Source: an uncultured bacterium (GTDB lineage: Bacteria > Planctomycetota > UBA1135 > GCA-002686595). From it: DNA of 64,000 bases. Location: positions 256,001 through 320,000 of the forward strand of contig CALSNU010000003.1 of NCBI GenBank assembly GCA_943787795.1, in the 5' to 3' direction. The notes beneath the pieces were generated by a model that was given only the letters and a program-made list of their open reading frames with translations, had not been told where the DNA came from and made no database searches. This document shows, in pieces, positions 1 through 7,419 of this stretch (its first letter is position 1; each line of letters opens with the position of its first letter). A program made the translations under genes and the position numbers.

Positions 1-364
1 CCCAGCGGATCGGCTCGTCGTCATCGTTGGTGTAGAACTCCTCCCGTCCGAAGAGCTCGGGTGAGTGGATGAACTCCACTTGGAGCGGGACGCCCTCGTC
101 GTTCTCGGAGTCCGGCAGCGGCGCCTTGCGGACGGAGACCGGGACGTCCCACCCGGGGAAGCTCAGGGGGAAGGGCGAGAGGAAGGGCTCCGTCTCGAGC
201 CCCGACCGTTCGACCCGCCCGTAGAGGGGGACGAACAGCCTGACCTCATGGCCACGCTTCCAGAGGGTTCGGGAGAGCGCCGCGGCCACGTCGGCGAGGC
301 CGCCCGTCTTGGCGAACGGAGCGCACTCCGCGGACACCATCGCGATGCGAAGGGGCAGCTGCAT
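1..364 (-). CDS. glgA: Glycogen synthase (GT5), 5' part; runs off the left edge of the window
   Basis: Not in the ORF track; translated by hand from the ATG at 364: MQLPLRIAMVSAECAPFAKTGGLADVAAALSRTLWKRGHEVRLFVPLY... It has the KTGGL ADP-glucose-binding motif and stays open to the window edge. Confidence 0.93.
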   Translation of the reverse strand, partial: MQLPLRIAMVSAECAPFAKTGGLADVAAALSRTLWKRGHEVRLFVPLYGRVERSGLETEPFLSPFPLSFPGWDVPVSVRKAPLPDSENDEGVPLQVEFIHSPELFGREEFYTNDDDEPIRW

Positions 365-458
365 GGCGGGAGCTTAGCGAACGGCGGGGGCCGGGTTGGG
401 CACGGCGAGGAGTTCTGGTGGGAATCCAGGCCCCGTTGGTGGGTATCCTCCGGTTCAG

Positions 459-1700
459 ATGTCACGCGCCAACACCGTCTTCGTCGCGCCCTTCGCCCTC
501 CCCAGCACGCTGAGGTTCCTGAGGGCGGCGGCCCTGCTCCCCGAGACCACCTTCTCGGTGGTGGCGCAGGAGCCGGCGGCGTCGTTCATGGCCGCGCTGG
601 ACGAGGAGGTGCGGGGTAGGATCGCCGAATTCGTGTCCGTGGCCGACTGCCACGACCCGGACCAACTCGAGGGAGCCGTCCGTCGAGTCGCCGGAAGCAC
701 GGGCGCCGGGGTCACGGCTCTGGTGGGCATCCTCGAGCCACTCCAGGAGGCGCTCGCATGCGTGCGGGAGCGACTCCAGATCCGCGGGATGGACCGCGCC
801 GAGGCGGGGCGCTTCAGGGACAAGGCGGTCATGAAGGACGCGCTCCGCGCCCATGACCTGCCCTGCGCCGGTCACCACCTGGCGACGGACGCGGCGAGCG
901 CCCTGAGCTTCGCGCGCCGCACCATGCCCCTCGTGGCCAAGCCCCCCGCTGGTGCCGGGGCCCGGGATACCTTCCGGGTGGATGAGGTCTCGCAGCTGGA
1001 GAGCTGGATGGCTTCGAATCCGCCGACTCCCGCGCGGCCGCTGCTGCTCGAGGAGTTCGTCCAGGGGCGGGAGTACTCCTTCGACAGCGTGTCGATCGGA
1101 GGTCGTCACCTCTTCCATTCGATCTCCGAGTACTCGCCCACGCCGCTGCAGGTCATGGAGTCGCCCTGGATCCAGTGGACGGTCATGCTGCCCCGGGATG
1201 TCGGTGGCCCGGAATATGCGCCGATCCTCTCGGCCGGTCCGCGTGCGCTGGATGCCCTGGGGATGGTCAGCGGGATGACCCACATGGAGTGGTTCCGCCG
1301 CGCCGATGGGTCCATCGCGATCTCGGAGGTCGCCGCGCGGCCGCCCGGGGCGCAGTTCACCTCCTTGATCTCCTACGCCCACGACCGCGACTTCTATCGG
1401 GTCTGGGCCGAGGTCTCGATCCTCGAGGAATTCTCGGTCCCGCCGCGCAAGTACGCGACCGGCGCCGCGTACCTGCGCGGTCAGGGCGGCGGCCGAGTGG
1501 CGCGCGTGGCCGGGATCGAGCGGGCCAACGAGGAGCTCGGTGACCTCGTCGTCGAGTCCCAGCTTCCGGTTCCGGGCCAGCTCAAGGCGAGCTCCTACGA
1601 GGGCGAGGGCTTCATCATCCTCCGCCATGAGGACACCGACCGCGTGCGGGAAGGGCTTCGGCGCGCCGTCGAGATCCTCCAGGTCGAGCTGTCCTCCTGA
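459..1700 (+). CDS. ATP-grasp domain protein 1 (carboxylate-amine ligase family)
   Basis: FRDKAVMK, VAKPPAGAGA, LLEEFVQGREYS, HMEWF and EVAARPPG motifs. Start placed at ATG 459 (MSRANTVFVAP). Confidence 0.88.
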   Translation: MSRANTVFVAPFALPSTLRFLRAAALLPETTFSVVAQEPAASFMAALDEEVRGRIAEFVSVADCHDPDQLEGAVRRVAGSTGAGVTALVGILEPLQEALACVRERLQIRGMDRAEAGRFRDKAVMKDALRAHDLPCAGHHLATDAASALSFARRTMPLVAKPPAGAGARDTFRVDEVSQLESWMASNPPTPARPLLLEEFVQGREYSFDSVSIGGRHLFHSISEYSPTPLQVMESPWIQWTVMLPRDVGGPEYAPILSAGPRALDALGMVSGMTHMEWFRRADGSIAISEVAARPPGAQFTSLISYAHDRDFYRVWAEVSILEEFSVPPRKYATGAAYLRGQGGGRVARVAGIERANEELGDLVVESQLPVPGQLKASSYEGEGFIILRHEDTDRVREGLRRAVEILQVELSS

Positions 1701-1752
1701 GCCGCGTCCGCCCTCCTCTTCCACCGACCCCACTCCACCCCTAAGGCTCCCC

Positions 1753-2994
1753 ATGACGATCAACGTCGTCCTCATTTCCCCGGGCTTCCCCGCCGACAAC
1801 GGTCACTTCACGCAGGCGCTGCACGCGCTGCCCGGCGTGCGAGTCCTGGGGGTCGGAGACCAGCCCATCGCGGCCATGGAGCCCGCGGTCCGGGCTGCCA
1901 TCGACGACCATCTCGTGGTGAAGGACCTCTGGAGCGAGGAGCAGACCGTGGCCGAGGTGGGCCGCTGGCTCGGACAGCTCGGGGTGCGGCCCGATCGGGT
2001 CGAGTGCCTGTGGGAGATCGGCGTGGTGCTGGCGGCGCGCATGCGTGAGGCCTTCGATGTCCCTGGCTTGCGCGTGGACCAGGCCGTGACCTTCCGTGAC
2101 AAGGAGGTGATGAAGGCAACCCTCGACGCCGCGGGGGTCCGCACGCCGCACCACTACCGCGCCCGAACCCGCGCGGAGGTGGAGGAGGCCGCCCGCGCCG
2201 TGGGGTACCCGCTGATCGTCAAGCCCATCGACGGCGCAGGCTCCGAGGACACCCACACGGCCCGCTCTGACGAGGAGCTCTCCCAGGTCATCGAGGCCGT
2301 GGCTCACGTCCCCGAGGTCAGCGTGGAGGAGTTCATCGAGGGCAAGGAGTTCACCTATGACGCGATCCTCGCCGACGGGGAGACCCTGTTCGAGAACGTG
2401 GCCTGGTATCGGCCCAAGCCGCTCGTCGCGCGCCAGAATCCGTGGATGAGCCCCCAGGCGGTGTGTCTCGCGGACCTGGAGCAGCCCGACGTCGCGCCGG
2501 GCGTGGAGCTGGGCCGCCGCGCCCTGAAGGCGCTTGGCTACCGCACCGGGATGGCCCACATGGAGTGGTACCTCTCGGACAAGACCGGGGAGGCCATCTT
2601 CGGAGAGGTCGGCGCCCGCGCCCCTGGGGGGCGGCTCTCCCACGGCATGAACTACGCGTGCGATGGCGACGTGTTCCAGCTCTGGGCGGAGGCGATCACC
2701 CGCGGCTCGTCGGAGCAGTCCATGGAGCGCCGGTACAACGCGGCGCTGGTCTTCAAGCGCGCCCACGGCGACGGGCAGCTCGTGACGCGGATCGAGGGGC
2801 TGGAGCCGATCCTCGCGCGCGACGGGGAGCACCTCCCCGTGGTCGAGCTGGTTCCCATCGGGGCGCCGCGGCGAGACTGGACCCAGGTGGTGACCGGTGA
2901 TGGGTGGTGCATCGCCCGGCATAACCTGCTGGGTGAGGCGCTCCGCATCGCGGACGACATCGGTCGGGACGTGAGGATCCACTGCGACGCCTGA
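1753..2994 (+). CDS. ATP-grasp domain protein 2, paralogous to 459-1700
   Basis: FRDKEVMK, GYPLIVKPIDGAGSEDT, EEFIEGKEF, HMEWY and EVGARAPG motifs. Start at ATG 1753 (MTINVVLISPGFP). Confidence 0.88.
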   Translation: MTINVVLISPGFPADNGHFTQALHALPGVRVLGVGDQPIAAMEPAVRAAIDDHLVVKDLWSEEQTVAEVGRWLGQLGVRPDRVECLWEIGVVLAARMREAFDVPGLRVDQAVTFRDKEVMKATLDAAGVRTPHHYRARTRAEVEEAARAVGYPLIVKPIDGAGSEDTHTARSDEELSQVIEAVAHVPEVSVEEFIEGKEFTYDAILADGETLFENVAWYRPKPLVARQNPWMSPQAVCLADLEQPDVAPGVELGRRALKALGYRTGMAHMEWYLSDKTGEAIFGEVGARAPGGRLSHGMNYACDGDVFQLWAEAITRGSSEQSMERRYNAALVFKRAHGDGQLVTRIEGLEPILARDGEHLPVVELVPIGAPRRDWTQVVTGDGWCIARHNLLGEALRIADDIGRDVRIHCDA

Positions 2995-3947
2995 TGGCCG
3001 CTGACTCCCGACCACTCGCTCTGCTGGGGCCCCAGCATGAGAGGCCGACCCTGCGCGATGTCCTCGACGGCATGGGCGCTGGGGGTCCTTATGTCCTCGT
3101 CTCCGCAGGTTGGCAGGAGCGCGAGTCCGAGACCGGGCGCCTCGACGCTCACCTCGGTGAGGCCGTACGCACCCTCGACCTCTGGCCGCGCTGCGAGGCT
3201 GCGTTCGAGGCGGACGCCGATCTTCGGCACATGATGTTCGATCGGCACGACCGAATGAATGAGCTGTCTGCGCTGTACCGCGTGCGGCTGGCGGCGGAGC
3301 TCGCTGCTGCCCGGGACCTGATGGGGCGCACGCGCCCGGATCGAGCAGACCCCCTCGTGGGCCCGTCGCTGGACCTCGCCTGCGGTGCCCTGCGAGACCT
3401 CGATGACCTCCACTGCTCGCGGGTGGGCGAGCTCAATGAGGAGGTCTTCGGCCAGGCCATCGAGCGGGAGAGTCTCCGCGCCGGCCGGGCGGAGATCGCG
3501 GAGGCGCTCGCTGGGGCAGGGACGCTGCTGGTGGCGGGGGGGCACGTCGGCATCCTCTACAACCGGATGCGCCTGTTCGGGGTGCGTGAGATGCTCCCCG
3601 CCGCGACCCCCGTGGTCGGCTGGTCGGCCGGCGCGATGGTGCTGACTGACCGCATCCTGCTCTTCCACGACTCGCCCCCCCAGGGCCCGGGCGACGCCGA
3701 GTTCCTGGGCCCCGGGTTCGGACTCGCTCCCGGCGTGGTCGTGCTGCCCCACGCCTCCCGGCGGCTTGACCTCGAGCACCGCGGCCGGGTCGCGCTCCTC
3801 GCCCGGCGGCTGGCTCCGGAGCTCGTGGTCGCCCTCGATGACGGCGATCGCCTCGAGGCTGGCGCGGAAGGCTGGTCCGGCGTGGGGGCGCGCCGACTGA
3901 CCCACGCCGGCGCGGTCGACGAAGAGCTCATGGGGGCCGGCGCGTGA
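2994..3947 (+). CDS. Peptidase S51 / cyanophycinase-like protein (class I glutamine amidotransferase-like fold)
   Basis: LLVAGGH, nucleophile motif GWSAGAM and VLPH. TGATG overlap with the upstream gene. Confidence 0.75.
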   Translation: MAADSRPLALLGPQHERPTLRDVLDGMGAGGPYVLVSAGWQERESETGRLDAHLGEAVRTLDLWPRCEAAFEADADLRHMMFDRHDRMNELSALYRVRLAAELAAARDLMGRTRPDRADPLVGPSLDLACGALRDLDDLHCSRVGELNEEVFGQAIERESLRAGRAEIAEALAGAGTLLVAGGHVGILYNRMRLFGVREMLPAATPVVGWSAGAMVLTDRILLFHDSPPQGPGDAEFLGPGFGLAPGVVVLPHASRRLDLEHRGRVALLARRLAPELVVALDDGDRLEAGAEGWSGVGARRLTHAGAVDEELMGAGA

Positions 3948-5074
3948 CGTCGCTCAGCAGCATCGAGGCGGTGAAGGACGCCATCGGCGAATCCGGGGCC
4001 GCTGCCCTGGAGGGGCTTGAGGTACCGATCGTCGAGGGCGGCCGCGCGCTCTTCGTCTATGAAGGCCGCGCGGAGGGCGTCTGGCTCCACCACTGGATCT
4101 TCGGGCTCGAGTCGGCCCAGGAGTTCCTTCGGACGCACCCCGACGTCTGGACGCTCGAGCTCGAGGTGCAGGCCACGGCCCGGGTCGAATACAAGCTGGA
4201 GATCCAGGACAATGGCGAGCGCAAGCTCATCCTGGACGCGCTGAACCCCGCCGTCGCGCGGGACCCGTTCGCCACCAACTCGGTGGTGACGGGCCCGGAC
4301 TACACGACCCCTTGGTGGGCGGTGGAGGATCGCTCGCGCCGTCAGGGGGTGATCCTTGAGCGGCAGCTTCAAAGCGAGGTCTTCGGCGACGTGCGCCCGC
4401 TCTCGATCTACCTCCCGCCTCGCTACCGGGTGACGCGCCGCTACCCGCTCCTCGTGGTGCACGATGGGCTCGACTATCTGCGGTATGCGGCCTTCAAGAC
4501 GGTGATCGACAACCTCATCGACCTCGGGGAGATCCCCCCGATGGTCGTGTGCTTCATTCAGTCGCCGGATCGGGTCCATGAGTACGCGGCGAGCGAACAG
4601 CACGCCGACTTCCTCGCGACCGAGCTGCTGCCGCTGCTCGAGGACGAGTTCTCGCTGGAGGCTGGCCCCGACAACCGCGCCTTGATGGGGGCCAGCTTCG
4701 GCGGCGTTGCGTCGCTCCACGCGTCGCTCCAGCACCCCGGTGTGTTCGGCCGCCTCTTCCTTCAGTCGGGCTCATTCGCGTTCACCGACATCGGTGACCA
4801 CGAGCGCGGCCCGCTCTTTGACCCGGTGGTGGCCTTCGTGAACGGGTACCGCCGCGCGCCGCAGAAGCCGGCCGACAGGGTCTTCCTGTCCTGCGGGATC
4901 TACGAGTCTCTCATCGTCTACAACCGCTCCCTGCTTCCGATGCTCCAGTCTGTCGGGGTCGACGCTACCCTCGTGGAGGCGCAGGACGGTCACAACTGGG
5001 AGAACTGGCGGGACCACCTCCGCGCCGGGCTCACCTGGCTCTTCCCCGGACCTCTCTGGATGGTGTACGAGTGA
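3944..5074 (+). CDS. Alpha/beta esterase (enterochelin esterase-like) with an N-terminal E-set/CBM48-like domain
   Basis: IYLPPRY..YPLLVVHDG, GASFGG nucleophile elbow, QSGSF and GHNW. The N-terminal segment W.LELEV...RVEYKL...LDALNP resembles an E-set domain. GTGA overlap with the upstream gene. Confidence 0.85.
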   Translation: MTSLSSIEAVKDAIGESGAAALEGLEVPIVEGGRALFVYEGRAEGVWLHHWIFGLESAQEFLRTHPDVWTLELEVQATARVEYKLEIQDNGERKLILDALNPAVARDPFATNSVVTGPDYTTPWWAVEDRSRRQGVILERQLQSEVFGDVRPLSIYLPPRYRVTRRYPLLVVHDGLDYLRYAAFKTVIDNLIDLGEIPPMVVCFIQSPDRVHEYAASEQHADFLATELLPLLEDEFSLEAGPDNRALMGASFGGVASLHASLQHPGVFGRLFLQSGSFAFTDIGDHERGPLFDPVVAFVNGYRRAPQKPADRVFLSCGIYESLIVYNRSLLPMLQSVGVDATLVEAQDGHNWENWRDHLRAGLTWLFPGPLWMVYE

Positions 5075-5080
5075 AACGAC

Positions 5081-6349
5081 ATGGCTGACATCAAACGAAT
5101 CGGGCTCTCCCTCGGCGCTGACATCTGCTGGCCGCGCTGCTTTGAGGGCATCCTCGAGCGGTGGGACCCCACCCTCAAGGTGGCGGGGCGTGACGTGCGC
5201 TTCGAGGTGGATCGAGTGGTCATCGAGCCCTTCGATCTGCGGACGCCGACGCGCTACAACGTCGTCCTCGACCGCCTCACCCACTGGTACGCGAACACCC
5301 GCGAGTGGATCAAGAAGGGTGTGCTGATGGACGACCTCTACGTCCTCAACAACCCCTGGTCGGTGCAGTCCATGGAGAAGCAGACCTCGTACTGCGCCAT
5401 GATGCGGCTGGGCATGCCAATCCCGGATACGTGGCTGGTGCCGCCGAAGGAGTATGAGTCCAGCCCGGACCTGCAGCCGACGCTCGAGCGCTATGCCCGT
5501 TACTTCGACCTCGAGGAGCTCGGGGAGAAGGTGGGCTACCCACACTTCATGAAGCCTTATGACGGCGGCGGCTGGGTCGGCGTCAACAAGATCGACAGCG
5601 TCGAGGAGCTCAAGACGGCCTACGACGAGAGCGGCAAGTTCGTCATGCACCTGCAGCACGGGGTGCTGCCCCACGATCACTTCGTCCGCTGCGTTGGGAT
5701 CGGTCCCGACATCCGGATGGTGGAGTACGACCCTTCGGCGCCCCTGCATGAGCGCTACACCAAGGAGTACAACCACCTCTCGCCGGCGGAGATGGAGCAC
5801 CTGCGCCAGATCACCCTGACGATCAACGCCTTCTTCGGCTGGGACTTCAACTCCTGCGAGAGCCTCCGACAGGACGGCGTCTGGCACCCGATCGACTTCG
5901 CGAACCCCTGCCCTGACTCGCAGGTGACCTCGTTGCATCAGCACTTCCCGTGGCTGGTGCTCGGCAAGCTGCGGTGGGCGCTCTTCGTCGCGGCCACCGG
6001 CCGCAAGTTCAAGAACAACCTCGACTGGGACCCGTACTTCGAGATCGCCGACGGGCCGGGCTCGTTTGCAGAGAAGCTCCCTCAGTACGCGGCGATCGCC
6101 GACGAACACTTCGAGACCGCGCGCTTCCAGGAGTTCTGCGCCGAGCACCTCGGCCCCCTGGATGAGGTGGCGTGGGAGTTCTTCGGCACCGCGGCGGCGA
6201 GAGACGCGGTGCACGAGAAGGTGGCCGCGCTCTTCCCCGAGCACGAGGTGGAGGAGTTCACCGAGCGCTTCTGGGGGTCGATCCAGAGCTGGCGGCACGA
6301 GACCGCTCACGCGTCGCCGAGCGACAGCATCCACGGAGTGCCGTCATGA
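5081..6349 (+). CDS. ATP-grasp domain protein 3 (RimK/glutathione synthetase-like)
   Basis: VLNNP, GMPIPDTWLVP, GYPHFMKPYDGGGWVGV and IDFANPCPD motifs. Confidence 0.85.
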   Translation: MADIKRIGLSLGADICWPRCFEGILERWDPTLKVAGRDVRFEVDRVVIEPFDLRTPTRYNVVLDRLTHWYANTREWIKKGVLMDDLYVLNNPWSVQSMEKQTSYCAMMRLGMPIPDTWLVPPKEYESSPDLQPTLERYARYFDLEELGEKVGYPHFMKPYDGGGWVGVNKIDSVEELKTAYDESGKFVMHLQHGVLPHDHFVRCVGIGPDIRMVEYDPSAPLHERYTKEYNHLSPAEMEHLRQITLTINAFFGWDFNSCESLRQDGVWHPIDFANPCPDSQVTSLHQHFPWLVLGKLRWALFVAATGRKFKNNLDWDPYFEIADGPGSFAEKLPQYAAIADEHFETARFQEFCAEHLGPLDEVAWEFFGTAAARDAVHEKVAALFPEHEVEEFTERFWGSIQSWRHETAHASPSDSIHGVPS

Positions 6350-7095
6350 CGCGTATCGCCGAGACCTGGACGTCCGAGCGCGTGGGGCGTGAGGTGAAGG
6401 TGGTCCGTTGGGGTGAGATGGGGACGCCCGTGGTCTTCTTCCCAACGGCCGCGGGGGACGCCGAGGAGTGCGAGCGGTTCCTGCTCGTGGACGCCCTCGC
6501 GCCGCTCCTGGAGGAGGGCATCATCAAGCTCTACTCGGTGGACTCGGTGCCAGGCATGGTCTGGTTGAAGGAGGACAACTCCGTGCCCGGCGCGTCCCGC
6601 GCCCAGGCGGGGTTCGACGCGTTCGTCGAGCACGAGCTTGTGCCCATGATCCGCCGGGACTGCAACGTCGCGGAAGGCGAGCCCCTGGACATCATCGCGT
6701 CGGGGGCGTCCATCGGTGCGTACAACGCCCTGGCCGCGATCTGCCGTCACCCGGAGCTGTTCTCGGAGGCGATCTGCATGTCCGGGACGTACGAGCTGTC
6801 CAAGTTCATCGACGGCGACATGGACGAGGCGTGGTACTTCGCGTCGCCCCTGCACTTCATCCCGAACCTGCCCGAGGATCATCCCAACCTCGCCCGCCTT
6901 CGAGAGCGCCGGATCCTCATCAGCCACGGCGCTGGCCGCTGGGAGGACCCCGAGGAGTCCTGGGCCGTCGCTCGCGTGCTGGGCGCCAGGGGGATCCCGA
7001 ACCACGTGGACGAGTGGGGCGAGGACTGGGACCACGACTGGCCGACGTGGCGCCGGATGCTGCCGGAGTATCTCAGGGCGCGCCTCGTCGACTGA
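6346..7095 (+). CDS. Alpha/beta hydrolase-fold esterase
   Basis: WGEMGTPVVFFPT, GASIGAY nucleophile elbow, MSG.Y and HDWPTW. ATGA overlap with the upstream gene. Confidence 0.85.
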   Translation: MTRIAETWTSERVGREVKVVRWGEMGTPVVFFPTAAGDAEECERFLLVDALAPLLEEGIIKLYSVDSVPGMVWLKEDNSVPGASRAQAGFDAFVEHELVPMIRRDCNVAEGEPLDIIASGASIGAYNALAAICRHPELFSEAICMSGTYELSKFIDGDMDEAWYFASPLHFIPNLPEDHPNLARLRERRILISHGAGRWEDPEESWAVARVLGARGIPNHVDEWGEDWDHDWPTWRRMLPEYLRARLVD

Positions 7096-7167
7096 TACCG
7101 GGCGGCGCGGGCCTTGCCTGGCCAAAGGAGGCTCGCCGGCTGGATCTACCGGTGTGATCTGTCGAAT

Positions 7168-7240
7168 TGAGCCGCCAGTGTGAGCTGCCAGTGTGAGCCG
7201 CCGATGTGAGCCATTGTGTCGGCCACTGTGTGAGCCACCG
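7168..7240. repeat. Intergenic degenerate tandem repeat, 12-13 bp unit (tgagccgccagtg), about 6 copies
   Basis: Read directly: tgagccgccagtg / tgagctgccagtg / tgagccgccgatg / tgagccattgtg / tcggccactgtg / tgagccaccg. Confidence 0.8.
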
Positions 7241-7419
7241 CCGGTAGGGCTCCCGGTCCTTTGGCCCCTCTCAGTCCGATACCGTCCAAGGCGCCCCTGA
7301 TCTGCGCTCGGGACCCGTGACGGGGCGCCTTGGATCGGCACGGGTGCGGCAGGAAGAGCGTGGCGGCATGCGCGGGCACATGGGACACTCAGAGCACTCC
7401 ATCGTCCTTCCCGACTGAC

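Noticed and set aside
462..6334. Long antisense ORFs (462-1799, 1741-3015, 4772-6334 and many similar across the window)
   Set aside because: Shadow ORFs expected at high GC. They mirror motif-bearing genes on the other strand and have no recognisable motifs.
459..7095. ATP-grasp operon as a graspetide/microviridin RiPP cluster or canonical cyanophycin synthetase locus
   Set aside because: There is no precursor peptide ORF or exporter, and no CphA-sized protein with a Mur-ligase domain.
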